The notes under the pieces: model-generated
What the model was told of the DNA's origin: nothing
The model's database searches: none
Seen by the model: the letters and a program-made list of their open reading frames with translations, nothing else
Program-made: the position numbers and the translations under genes
Source: Octopus sinensis
Taxonomy: Eukaryota
Length of the DNA stretch: 64,000 nucleotides
Assembly (NCBI RefSeq): GCF_006345805.1
Contig: NC_043005.1
Coordinates: 63,488,001-63,552,000 of the forward strand
Direction: 5' to 3'
Shown: positions 12,583-25,137 of the stretch, one piece after another
How positions within the stretch are numbered: position 1 is the stretch's first letter
Layout of the letters: each line of letters begins with the position of its first letter

Positions 12583-13450
12583 ATGCTTTTCAATCCTTCT
12601 GCAATATTCTCAGCCCTGCCATCACTCAGCTTCAGAGCAGCGAGCTTGATTTCACCTGTTTCATTCTTGATGACAACTGCTTGATATTCATTTCTGTCAA
12701 CATGTTTACCATCGAACTGCAGGCTTCATTTCTGATTGTGTAGTTTATCGATGAAGTATTTCTTCATTTCACCAGCTTTCTTGAAGAGTGCCTCGTAAAT
12801 GCCTTGCTGACTAGGAGAAGGGATATTGATACCCTCCTCTGACAACTGTTTGTAGATTTTTACTACTTTGCTGGTAGAGACATTTGTTCCCGTTACAAGT
12901 CTCATACAAACTGCAGATTTGTTGTGCCTTCTTGTGAAGAAATAACTGCCTTCACTATCACTAACATTTTGATCAACTCTATCATCTTCACCATAATTGT
13001 ACTCTTCATATATTCTTCTTTAGACTCACTGTCGGTATCCAGGGCTGTTGGGTTTGATAAAGAATGGGAGGCTTCAACATCAGAGCATCTTTTTCTCTTG
13101 GAAGGATGGATAGTGTGCTTGCCTGCAGCTTTGCCTGTCGAATAGCCAACTTTGCCCTTGCTTTGGAGTTTGATGGAGTACAGCCATTCACTGTGGACTT
13201 TGATGATATCGAACAGTTCTAATGGCTCAAATTTTCCTTTCTTGGTGCATTTGTCATACAAATGCAGCACATTATTAAGCCTGAACCATATTGCTTGCTC
13301 GGAAATGATTGGAAAATTCAGTTTATCTCTTCACAGTAGTGTCACCTCTCTTGATAATTCTACCACTCTTTCTTTTCTGCCCTTAACTGGTTTCCCAAGA
13401 AACTGGTGCTAACCAACTATTTGCTCCTTGAGTGGCATTTGGTTTTTGCT
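12583..13450 (-). pseudogene. Decayed DNA-transposon transposase (hAT superfamily, hATm-like)
   Basis: Manual translation across stops: KLNFPIISEQAI..LFDI..HPSKR..GINIPSPSQQGIY..K*SLQFDGKHVDRNEYQAVVIKNETGEIKLAALKLSDGRAENIAEGLK. The [W]SLxFDGK motif resembles the first catalytic Asp region of hATm-type transposases. Truncated, with stops and frameshifts. Confidence 0.65.
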
Positions 13451-13980
13451 GGCTAGTGAGATTATTCTACAGGCACACGACCTCTAAATGAATGGGACAG
13501 GAACTGCGCCAAAATTTCTCCTCCATTTCTCCTTGTTCTTCTGAACAACTTTGAAACTTTTCTTGAATGACATACCACTAGAAATCATGCAGAACTCACA
13601 CTGAAACCAAAACAACAAGAGTGAAAGTGAAAGAACTTATTTGCTTCATGATTAAGCATGATGACTCAGCAATACAATCTAATCACCACTGAAGTCTTTA
13701 TAAATGCTAAGAATTTATTGAAAGCTATGAGTCCTTTGAAACCTTACCCATATTCAAACAAGCTTGGCATAAGAATACAAACATAGATTCATGGGTGAAC
13801 TTTTTTAAAGATAGCTCTAAAGAGAATTCACTTCAGTTACTTATTCTTTTGTTCTATTTGTTTCAATTATTTGACTGCAGCCATGCTGGAGCACTGCCTT
13901 TATACTTATGTGTTAAAGCTCATCTAAATATGATACAAGAAACTGTTTTTGAGGAAAAAGATTAAAAAGTTGTATTCCTA

Positions 13981-14050
<70 letters not shown>

Positions 14051-14052
<2 letters not shown>

Positions 14053-14950
14053 GCGTTCGGCTAAGCCTGTTCTTTCTTGGTCAGGCTGTTGTCCGTGCAA
14101 CATCGATATTCTTCCCTGTGTTTGTGAAATCTCGTATTTCAGCCGCAAGGCTTCATTTCCACACACGCCAGGTTCATTCAATTCGTCCTTAGTCAATTCA
14201 ATTCGTCCTTAGTCAAAAGACACCTGTTGTTATGTCCTGTTATTATTTTTATTGTATTTGTATTTACTCTCTTATTCTCTTTTACTTGTTTCAGTCATTT
14301 GACTGCGGCCATGCTGGAGCACCGCCTTTAGTCGAGCAACTCGACCCCGGGACTTATTCTTTGTAATCCCAGTACTTATTCTATCGGTCTCTTTTGCCGA
14401 ACCGCTAAGTAACGGGGACGTAAACACACCAGCATCGGTTGTCAAGGGGGACAAACACAAACACATACACACACATACATATATATATATATATACATAT
14501 ATACGACAGGCTTCTTTCAGTTTCCGTCTACCAAATCCACTCACAAGGCTTTGGTCGGCCCGAGGCTATAGCAGAATACACTTGCCCAAGGTGTCACGCA
14601 GTGGGACTGAACCCGGAACCATGTAGTTGGTTAGCAAGCTACTTACCACACAGCCACTCCTGTGTAACATTGTTCGTTTTTTTCCGTCCTTGTTTTTGTA
14701 TACATTCACTGCTTTCCTTCAAGGAATCTAATGCTGTTTAGCTTAGATTTTCCTTGGGGCTAGCCAGATTGGAGCAACCTCAAGTATAATCAGCCGAAAT
14801 TGTGAAGATAATCTGCTTCTTGACTGAGGAAAGAAAACTTCGAACGACCCGTCCTTGTTTTCTTTGTATCGTCTATCTGGATGTTTTTTTGTCCCATTTT
14901 TGAATCACCTAACTGTCCGGATGTTTTGCGTTCTTGTCCCATTTTGTATT
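14051..14950 (+). mobile_element. (TA)n-anchored interspersed repeat family Y, interrupted by a SINE B copy
   Basis: 14051-14262 plus 14663-14950 align with 40012-40456 (gttcggc..gcctg, aaagacacctgtt, gacccgtccttgttttct, ctaactgtccg). Flanked by (TA)n. Confidence 0.75.
14265..14662 (-). mobile_element. tRNA-derived SINE family B (CORE-like, internal microsatellite), full length
   Basis: Reverse complement of ggagtggctgtgtggtaag...accttgggcaagtgt...(TA/TG)n...gactgaaacaagtaaaagag. Confidence 0.92.
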
Positions 14951-15021
14951 TATATATATGTATATATATATATATATGTCTGTGTGTGTGTGTTTGTGTA
15001 TATATACATATATATATATAC

Positions 15022-15156
<135 letters not shown>

Positions 15157-16634
15157 TCTCATTTGGAATTAGCACAGAAAATGTGACAGAAACAGAAATC
15201 TAAAAATATTTTAAGACTGACAAAATAATCCAAAACTGGAAACAAAAATCAAAATGCATCTTAAAATTTCATTCACAGGCATGATTAATTGACAGCAAAT
15301 AATTATTGATTTTCTTTTCTATTAGCCAGTCTTTTCTTTCCCCGAATGTGTTTCTGTTAGATGCAAACATTTACAGAATTTCCGTTGAAAAAGAAATAAT
15401 GTTTAATCAAAGGTTGCAAATATCACATTGTAAGAGTTGTGACTAATTATATTTTTTAATATAAATTTAGAATTTTAGTTTTATATTTTTCATTATTTCT
15501 AAAAATATTTAATATCATACAAGAGAAAATGCTTTTTTTAAAAAAATTTTTAAATTCATTTGTGTTTGCTTGCTTAATGTTTTCTCATGGGTCATAATCA
15601 GGCGTGTGAAAATAATGGTTACTAAGGAATTTGTTCTAATCATCAGCAGATGCAGCAATTTATTAACTTTCTAGTTAAGCAGGTGTTTATGATTTAAAGA
15701 AATATCAGATCATGCTAAAAAATAGATTGATTTTTTTTGTTTGTTTGTTTTTTTTTTCTTTTGCACACGTCAATTATTCAAATGAATGATACCACTTCAG
15801 CTTGGAAGAAGTCTACATAAAAAGAATACACCAATATACCAGATGACTTCTGAAGCATGAAAATAATCCAATCAGACCACTGAGACACAAGCACACACAC
15901 ACACACACACACGCAAAAATGAATGTTCATTATGTTTATAGGAGACACATTTGAAATGGATTCAGAGAAGTTTCTGTTATAAACAAACATAAAAATATCT
16001 TATTTCCAACTGAAAAAGCACAGTTATATGCATTAGTTTATGCAATATGTGAAGATATGCGATGTAGCAGAAGGGGTGTTTCTCTCACAATCATTAGTCA
16101 GTAGGTTCAATTCTCAGATCTGATGACGTCCTTGAGCCAAGCACTTAATTTCACTTTGCAATGGACTGGTATCTCATTCAAAAGGATTTTTGTGTTCTCA
16201 GTGGCTTAAATGTTATGCAAACCGAGTAAGGCTCTGGTTCAGTTGGCTTGTAAAGGCTTGAGACAAAAGAAGAAATTTGAAATATTTACTTTCATTCACA
16301 GCTATAAGTTTTCCCAAAACTTAACCGACACAAGTAAGTTTGACCTATTCAATATTCAATAGTTATTTAGTTGCCTATGTAGTTGTGAATAGATATAGGC
16401 ACCTTCTCACAACTTGTGTCCTTGATCCAGTGGAATATTGAAGATGTGACAACTGAAAGAAGAGAAGTCTCTGCATCAGCACTAGACTAGTATTCATTTA
16501 CAGTTTATTAGATTTGTTTACGATACTATAACATGTGAAGAGGTGCTATAAAATGTGAAGTTGGCAAAGGAAATAAATATTACATAAAATAAAAATTTAA
16601 GAAAATTTAGTGATACCTACATTTCATTATAATT

Positions 16635-16850
16635 AGCAAGCTGGCAGAAACCTTAGCATGCCTGGCAAACTTCTTAGCTTCATTTCGTCCGTCCTTACGT
16701 TCTGAGTTCAAGTTCTGCCGATGTCGACATTGCTTTTCATCCTTTAGGGGTCGATGAAATAAGTACCAGTTATGCATTGAGGTCGATGGAATCGACGAGC
16801 CTCATCTCCCATAAAATTTCAAGCCTTGTACCTATAGTAGAAAGGATTAT
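16635..16850 (+). mobile_element. SINE family A, alternative-tail variant
   Basis: Head and core similarity to family A. Confidence 0.8.
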
Positions 16851-17140
16851 AATTAAAAATATTTATGAAAGATATATGATTTAAACTAAATCCATATTAT
16901 TGCAGATGCTCACCATATTCCCTGCAGTGAACTGTAAAGCAAAGATTACTGCATAAATCAGGGGTTCGATAAAGGTATGTTGTATGCCTGTGCTATGAGT
17001 TGTAGCTAATTACATCGCGAATATTATTACTATATATTTACAAAAGGCAAAATAAATATTGCAATGAAAATTAAATGAGGTTAAGCATAGAAAAATATTC
17101 AAGTATAGAAAACACAGTTGAAACAAATCAAACTCATTTT

Positions 17141-17388
17141 ACCGAACCGCTAAGTTACGGAGACGTAAACACACCATGACCGGTTGTCAAACAATAGTGG
17201 GGGACATATTCAAGAACACACATACACACACACACGCACATACGACAGTCTTCTTTCAGTTTCCGTCTACCAAATCCACTTGCAAGGTTTTGGTCGGCCC
17301 GAGGCTATAGAAGACATTTGCCCAACCTGTCACGCAGTGGGACAGAACACGGAACCATGTGGTTGGGAAACACAATCACACCTGTGTC
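17141..17388 (-). mobile_element. SINE family B, 3'-truncated
   Basis: ccgaaccgctaagttacgg...ctttcagtttccgtctaccaaatccac. Confidence 0.85.
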
Positions 17389-19418
17389 TATAAATCAGTA
17401 AACGTATGTCCACACTTATCTTTACGTCGGAGTAATTGCGTAGAATATCTAGAAATTTAATTATGGTTAGAAATGTCTGACACTGTATTACTGAGTCAAA
17501 CTGCTATTAAAAATGTTACGGTACCAGTAAGAAGAGGAGGAGAGTGTGAACCTATGAATGTTAAGAAATGCTTTCATATATTTGTGGACATGTTCATGCT
17601 GTATTGCGAGTTAAAGCATATTATTTTCCTGTTTTGTTAATTACTTATCTTGTTTTCTATATACTTCAACTTCTCAATGAAGCTCCTTGTTGTTAAGGGT
17701 ATTATAATACGAGATTATTTTATTTAATATATTCCTGCTTTTTAATTGTTGAAAATAGCCTACAGATACTGTCTATAATGTATTTAATAATTGTAGCTGG
17801 GTAGTTAGATGATTTATTAATATACTATTGTTTCGCTATTTTATGAACAATATTTATCTATAAGTGTTGTCTATTTATGTTCAGGTTTAGTGTTATACCA
17901 AAGAAATTTGCTACTTTCAGAAATTCTTATGAAATCAGCAGAATATTAAATACTGTTTTTCTAGGTTTGTTCAAACTGCGTCAGCTCATATCATATCATA
18001 GACTGCTTGAAGCTGTAAGACAAAATTTAGGTACCAATCAACACGATCTATAGAGTAAATTTAACTCTACTCGCAGTACTGAGTTCCCTCCATCATTAAA
18101 TATTCCATTATTATTCTTAATCTTGCTTACCCAGACTTGACATTTAAACATTCACATATATTATATATGTATGTGCACAAATTTTATCGTAAAATTGAAC
18201 CAGCATGAAAACAAAATAATTCAGTGTATTAAAACATAATTCTATGTTAAAACCACATATGATCTTGTGGCAGGAGTTTAGAGGTTATATCTTACATTTA
18301 TTAGCAAAACGTTATCGTTGTTATAGGCGTCCAGTTATTAGCAAGCACTGTCAAACAGCTTATATCTACCGGAAAATTATAGTGCACAACTACATACAAA
18401 TTGAAATTTTTGTGCAAGCCAACCATCTGCTTGGATACTTAATCTGCTGGAAACAGCAGTTGCATCTCCTTAAAACCGCACTTTGCTGTCTTAGAAAAGA
18501 ATATATACTGGGATTGGAAAAAAATATGATTGTAAAGGCTGGAATGCCTTTGTTCAAAGGTTTGCTCGTTCAAACTAATCATGGGTTAAAAATCAACTAA
18601 AAATCAACTTTACTATCAAGGAAAAGATAGAAACTTTTGACAGATATGTTACCTACTTTTCTATGTCTACTTCGTAGATACCCTTTCACAAGAAGTTTAT
18701 AAGTCTATTATAAACATATTTGGGTGTAATGCGTTTGTTAGATTTCATGCACTGTTGCTGTAAAATGAAGTTTTGATCTTATTAAACTAACACTAATATG
18801 CAGTCTATATTCACTTATGAATAATATGGAACTGTATGCTGCAATATTTTCATAGAATTTCGATATTAAACAGACGATATTAAACAAATCCATGAGAATT
18901 TATAAGGTGTCAGTTAGTTTGGGCTATAAGTCTTCGACGGATGCTAATGAAAGCCTGACGACAGTTTTAAGGAACCAGTAATTGCAAACCGATCAATCAA
19001 TAACTATGCTGTTTTTGAACATCAATATCTGGGACAGGGAACATAAATAAATAAATAGATAAACAAATAAATGAATAAATAAATTAATAAATTAATAAAA
19101 ATGAAAATGAGAAGCTTTATAAAAGTTAGTTGATTGATGTAAGTATCTCTGACACAGAAGGAAAAAAAATGAGTAGAGCTATAGAAATTGGTCGCCCACA
19201 TAAATAGATATCGATTTTAAAAGGAATGAAGTGAATTTCTAATAAGGAATGCAATGATGCTATATCAAGACTGTGACTTCACAATTATTCTTGTGGTCAC
19301 TAACAACCTGTTATTGACAAGCTATTATTCCGCTAGACAGAAAATGAATATTGAGTATTGTAAATATAGATACATACATACGTATGTGTACACGTATGAG
19401 ATAAATAATCTTCTGCAC

Positions 19419-19477
<59 letters not shown>

Positions 19478-19483
19478 CATACA

Positions 19484-19515
<32 letters not shown>

Positions 19516-20077
19516 CACACACATTTATTTATCGAACGAGACGAAAATGTTCTGCACCGAATGATAGTATAATGTTTTCTATGATAGTTTATTTTTGGAA
19601 GCAGTGAGATTAATTTTTCTTCACATTTCATAGCATCGACTTAATTGAAAATATCTCAGTATATTATCCCAAGCTTTGAAAACGCGAAGTAATTAAGTAA
19701 TTATTAAAATAAATGTTTTTGAGATTTTAGAAGTTAATCTTTTCTGTGAAATTTGTATTATCATGCAAATTATTTAGAAATTATTAAAATGACAAAGGAA
19801 AGCACCTCACATCATATCAAAATATTTTGTACAATATGAACTTGTTTAGTTTCTCTGTAAATAAATTTATTTGTCAAACAGCCAAGACAAGGAAAAAAGA
19901 AAAGAGGGAGAGACAATGATGTTAATAATCACAGTATTGTCAATTCAAACTACATAATTTACAAGGCACATATGCTCTGGTTGTTTCAACTGTGAACAGC
20001 TTGAAAATCAGTCCGTGGTGTATGCTAAGCAAAGGAGAAAAAAAAATGATTGAAATAGCATATGATACTGCAAAAAG

Positions 20078-20126
<49 letters not shown>

Positions 20127-20128
<2 letters not shown>

Positions 20129-20334
20129 TTAATCCAAACATGAACAAATAGAAAACACAATAACGCGAGGACGTGGAACAAGTATAGTGTTATTGGAACG
20201 CTCAGGAAAGGAAAGAAAGAAGGAGGATTTAACGTTTCGAGCGGAGCTCTTCGTCAAAAACATAGGAAATGGAAAGATCCAAGGAAGGGAAGACGGAGGA
20301 AGAAAAATCGCCAACGATATACACGCGGTCACAC

Positions 20335-20335
<1 letters not shown>
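20127..20335 (-). mobile_element. HHR-bearing repeat family H1, copy 1 (PLE pseudo-LTR-like); core mutated to UUGACGA at 20227-20261
   Basis: Homologous to 22459-22648 and 54047-54256. All three start at the same base next to (TA)n. Confidence 0.85.
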
Positions 20336-20390
<55 letters not shown>

Positions 20391-20488
20391 TATAATAATA
20401 ATATTATTATATATATAAATATATATATATTAATATATATATATATAGATAGATAGATAAGAAATAGAGATGCCAAGGGAATAAACAA

Positions 20489-20606
20489 TTATCGTATGAA
20501 CTTCATTAGCTTACAGCTGTTTCTGCTGTGAGATGCAGTGGACTCATATTTGAGTGTCTGAGTGTTATAGCTTCGTAGTTGTAAGCTAATGAAGTTCATA
20601 AGATAA
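20489..20606. repeat. Inverted repeat with 30-bp arms and an HHR 3' half (GAAA cagcug UA, minus strand)
   Basis: ttatcgtatgaacttcattagcttacagct / agttgtaagctaatgaagttcataagataa. Confidence 0.75.
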
Positions 20607-20879
20607 CTGGGATCTTTACCTTTTGACCGGCAGATTTAGAAAGTAATTTTCTTTAACTAAACACTTTAAAACTTCGCATACTGGTAGAATGTATCATATA
20701 AAACATATTTCACTCTTAGCGTTGTTGAGAAAAGTTATGTTCACGAAGTTATTTCGTGTTAAAGTTCTCGCATTTCGGTAATTTCAACCAATCAATGACG
20801 TGTATTCAGCTGAATAAAATTACTGCTGTTGTTTGTCAATAACAACTTCCGGCTGAGTATATATACATATATACATATA

Positions 20880-21057
20880 CATATACATATATATATACGT
20901 CAGGCTTCTTTTAGTTTCCGTCTACCAAATCCACTCACACGGTTTTGGTTGGCTCGAGGCTATAGCAGAAGACACTTAACCAAAGTGCCACGCAATGGGA
21001 CTGAACCCGGAACCATGTGGCTGGTAAGCAAGCTACTTACTGCACAGCCACTCCTAT
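20880..21057 (-). mobile_element. SINE family B 5' half
   Basis: Reverse-complement match to the family B head and core. Confidence 0.85.
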
Positions 21058-21175
21058 GTTTATAAAGAATATGAGGAGTTTAGTTACTGATGATCTAAAC
21101 GAAAATGTACGCTGCGTAAGTGCTATAATTGGTCACCGTTAGGTTCCAAGTTCATAGCTAAGGCTGGAGCTAAAG

Positions 21176-21672
21176 ATCTGTAGTTGTGTGAGTGTCTGTC
21201 CCCTTCGATTTAGATTCCTAACTACTCCCACATTTTGCGGTGCCGTGTAACCAAAACCGGGTATCTTATAGTCGTGATTCATATCGAGCCTGTCTGAGTA
21301 TTAGCGCGCCTCTACGATGAGTCTACGATTTTAAAAATAATTTAACATAATTTTTTATTCCATTTTAATGCATAATTTTTCGTGTGTCGATGGCGTCGGA
21401 GTTGGCGTCCATGGTCACACCTGCACCTGTTTGCTTCTCCCCCTTCTTCCCTCCCTCGTGAAGCTGTGGGGAAGGGAGTATAAGGAAATCAACGTCGTAA
21501 AGCGTTGTCAAGGAGACCAGCGTTCTTTTAGAACGACTTCATGGCTTGAAGACACCAAAACAGAAATGGCTAAGAAAGCCCGAATTGGCATCTATAAGGG
21601 AATTAACTCTCTAAAAATGCTTATATAGTTATTTCCCTTACAAACCCGAGCAACGCCGGGCGATACTGCTAG
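21176..21672 (+). mobile_element. Non-autonomous Helitron-like element
   Basis: The 3' end has a GC hairpin cccgagcaacgccggg (21645-21660), then CTAG (21669-21672) and T, the canonical Helitron 3' signature. The 5' boundary is uncertain. Confidence 0.65.
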
Positions 21673-21778
21673 TATTAAATGAAAATGGACAGCAAAACCA
21701 AGGCAGGACGAGTATCTCTAGTCATTTAGAGTATTTGATAAGAGTAAAGTGAATCAAAATAGAAGTAGAAGTAATTAA

Positions 21779-21856
21779 TATTTTACAGCTGTTTCTGGGA
21801 TATCCCAGGAAATGAATCAGCATCTCCATACACTGGGTATTCCGTTATCAGAGACA
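21779..21856 (-). ncRNA. Degenerate type I hammerhead ribozyme motif
   Basis: ugucu CUGAUAA cggaauacccag...cugggauauccca GAAA cagcug UA aaaua. One core substitution (G8>A) and an eroded stem I. Confidence 0.55.
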
Positions 21857-22025
21857 AGGTGTGTATGTAAGAAAGTTCCAGATAGAGAATTCCCAGTGTA
21901 TAAAAGAATAAAACATGTATGTTTGTTTATATATATATAAATAATACATACATACATACATACATACAAACATACACACACACACATGTATATATATATA
22001 TATATATTAGATAGATATATAGATA

Positions 22026-22186
22026 GGCGCAGGAGTGGCTGCATGGTAAGAAGCTTGCTTGCCTACCACATGGTTCTGGGTTCAGTCCCACTGAATGGAA
22101 CCTTGGACAAGTGTCTTCTTCTATAGCCTCGGGCCAACCAAAGCTTTGAGTGAATTTGGTAGACGGAAACTGAAAGAAGCCCGACG

Positions 22187-22217
<31 letters not shown>

Positions 22218-22392
22218 CCCACCATCGCTTGACAACTGGTGTTGGTGTGTATATGTCCCCGTAACCTAGCTGTTCGGCAAAAGTGTCCGATAGAATACGC
22301 ACTAGGTTTACAAAGAATAAATCCTTGGGTTGGTTTGTTCGTCTAAAGGCGGTGCTCCCGCATTGCTGCAGTCAAATGATTGAAACTAATAG
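22026..22392 (+). mobile_element. SINE family B, full length
   Basis: Consensus head, core, internal (TA)n(TG)n and tail. Confidence 0.9.
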
Positions 22393-22424
22393 AAACATAT
22401 ATGTATGGATATATATATATTATA

Positions 22425-22458
<34 letters not shown>

Positions 22459-22462
<4 letters not shown>

Positions 22463-22648
22463 TAATCCAAACATGAAAACACAAAGAGAAAACACAACAA
22501 CGCGAGGACGTGGAACAAATATAGTATTATTGGACGCTCAGGAAGGAAGGGAAGATGGAGGGTTTTACGTTTCGAGCGGAGCTCTTCGTCAGAAACATAG
22601 GAAAAGGAAAGATCCAGAGAAGGGAAGACGGAGGAAAAAAAATCGCCA
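22459..22648 (-). mobile_element. HHR-bearing repeat family H1, copy 2
   Basis: Embedded in (TA)n on both sides and homologous to the copies at 20127 and 54047. Confidence 0.85.
22562..22596 (-). ncRNA. Minimal type I hammerhead ribozyme with intact core
   Basis: guuu CUGACGA a gagc ucc gcuc GAAA cg UA aaac. Stem I guuu/aaac, stem II gagc/gcuc, palindromic ACGU stem III, GUA cleavage triplet. Confidence 0.8.
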
Positions 22649-23386
22649 AATATATATATATATATATGTGTTGTGTGTGTGTGTGTGTGTGTGTATGTAT
22701 CTATGTATGTAAGTATGTATACACACATACAGTGTTTTGTATTAAAAAAGGCAAAAAACAAAAATGCATAACTAACTGATCAGGGTTGACCAGGTCGAAA
22801 TAACTACTTAAAATTTTTCATATTCTTGGTGCATGATAAACAAAAACAGAGAGAAACGTATGTATGTGCACCCGTGCGCAAATGTGCATATATCTCAGTA
22901 GTAAAATATGTGTACGAATAAATAGCTATTTACAGAACATTTTCAAGATAATTAAATGTTATAATTTTAAAAAGACGAGTCTGGAATCACAGCCAAACTT
23001 ATAGCCGGGTCAACTGGTTTACATTACAATTAATTTTATTGGAATTCAAAAATATATATTCATATCTACTTTATCAATAGATTTCAATCCTCTGCTCCCC
23101 ACCCCCGTATCCGCCTCTGCCTCTTCCTTCTCATCATCATCATCATCATCATCATCATCGTCATCACTTCTGCCGAGTTATACAGAATCTATCGGTTATA
23201 TGTATACTATCCAAAGCGAAAGCTTGAAGATTGGTAACTAAAGATGCCAACATGACTCCGAAGTAAAGAAGTTCACCTCAACATAGCGGCTCCGTGTGCA
23301 GTCTCACAACACGGAACCTTGAGAAAGTTTCTTATATATATATATAGATATACATACATACATACATACATACAAACATACAAACA

Positions 23387-23420
<34 letters not shown>

Positions 23421-23428
23421 CATATATA

Positions 23429-23475
<47 letters not shown>

Positions 23476-23483
23476 TACATATA

Positions 23484-23889
23484 GACGTAGGAGTGGCTGT
23501 GTGGTAAGTAGCTTGCTTACCAGCTACATGGTTCCGTGTTCAGTCCCACTGCGTGGCACCTTGGACAGGTGTCTTCTTCTATAGCCTCGGGCCGACCAAA
23601 GCTTTGTGAGTGGATTTGGTAGACGGAAACTGAAAGAAGCGCGTCGTATATATGTATGTGTATGTGTATATGTTTGTGTGTCTGTGTTTGTCCCCCGCCC
23701 AACATCGCTTGACAACCGATGCTGGTGTGCTTACGTCCCCGTAACTTAGCGGTTCAGCAAAAGAGCTCGATAGAATAAGTACAAGGCTTACAAAGAATAA
23801 GTCTCGGGGTCGATTTGCTCGACTAAAGGCGGTGCTCCAGCATAGCCACAGTCAAATGACTGAAACAAGTAAAAGCGTAAAAAAGCGTA
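23484..23889 (+). mobile_element. SINE family B, full length
   Basis: Consensus match with an (aaaagcgt)n-type tail. Confidence 0.92.
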
Positions 23890-23985
23890 TTTGCCTTCCG
23901 TTGATCAAATTAACACAAAATACATAGTTTCTTTTGAAGTGCAAAAGAAATTCGGTAGACAGAAAGCGAGTGAATGACTGACAAA

Positions 23986-24405
23986 GACAAAGAAGTAATA
24001 TTCCGAAAGCAGTATAGCTGTGAAAACAGCAGAAAGATTGGGTATTTTACTCTTAAAAGACGAAAACATTTGTCAGCAGAAAGCCATGTGACTCCAACGC
24101 GCACCTCCCAGGTAAGGCTAAGTACTCTACTAATTAAGCTAAACTGCCCGCAGAGAACAATTTCTCTCAAATTAACACTAAATAACTTCTTCTGAAATGT
24201 AAAAGAGACTATGTATTTAGCGTTAAGTTGACAGAAATTGTTCTCAGCGGGCAGTTTAGCTTAATTAGTGGAGTACTCAGCCGGAATCTAGGAGGTGCGG
24301 GTTCGAGTCCCGTGGCTGTCTGCTAACAAATTTTTCCGTCATTTGAGGGACGCAACCTTTGCTGCTTTCATTGCTATACTGTGTTCGAAACATTACTTTC
24401 TTGTC
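23986..24405. mobile_element. Fold-back element with ~200-bp arms, each containing a tRNA-like unit
   Basis: Arms 23986-24184 and 24214-24405 are diverged reverse complements. The right arm has an A box (tagcttaattagtgg) and B box (ggttcgagtcc) at 24249-24322. Confidence 0.8.
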
Positions 24406-24895
24406 TGTATCATACGGAAGACATTCGACACTTCGAAAAACAAAAGGAAATTTGTTTACATATGTTGTTACACACACACACACATACATACATATATATA
24501 TGTTTGCGTGTTTATCTATATAAAGTGCATATATATGAGAGGGACGAAGAAGGGGATTACGTTGTTGATGATGGTGGTGGAAGTGATGATAGTGGTTGTG
24601 GTAGTGATGGAGATGAGTTCAATTATAAATCGGTTTGAAGACCGTTGAAAAATTGAATACCGTCTCTGTATTCTATGTCCAGGGTAAGACAACTCGACAG
24701 ACATTTTTTTTTTTAAAGATTACAAGTCATACTTATAAGTTTGATGGAACGTTTATGTTGACACTCAAATAGTTAGGAATAGCAACGTGATATCCTACTC
24801 TTATGTGATATAAAGGTCATGTTGGCTAATGTAATTCTAGGTGAACCATGCCAGAAAAAAAATTGGATGGTGATAGCTGGAAGGCTTTAGGTAAT

Positions 24896-25112
24896 ATGGT
24901 TTCAGACTTTAGCACAAGGCTAGCAATTTCGGATTGGGGTATAAGTCGATTATGCTGACCCGCAGTGTTCACTTGGTACTTATTTTACTGACCCCACGAA
25001 AGGATGAAAGGCAAAGTCGACCTTGACGAAATTTGAACTCAGAACGTAAAGAAGGACGGAATGCCACGAAGAATTTTTGTCCGTGCTAACGATTCTGCCA
25101 GCTCGCCGCCTT
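24896..25112 (-). mobile_element. SINE family A variant
   Basis: Reverse complement of the family A head and core. Confidence 0.85.
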
Positions 25113-25137
25113 AAGGATTTAGGTAATATGTCTGCAG

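Noticed and set aside
16905-16975. AG...GT-bounded exon candidate
   Set aside because: All three frames contain stops and there is no partner exon. A non-coding exon cannot be excluded.
21080-21112. ctgatga-tctaaac-gaaa-atgta as a hammerhead
   Set aside because: No pairable stem II or stem I, so probably chance.
24249-24322. Functional tRNA gene
   Set aside because: The anticodon arm is non-canonical, there is no clean terminator, and it is part of a repeat palindrome.
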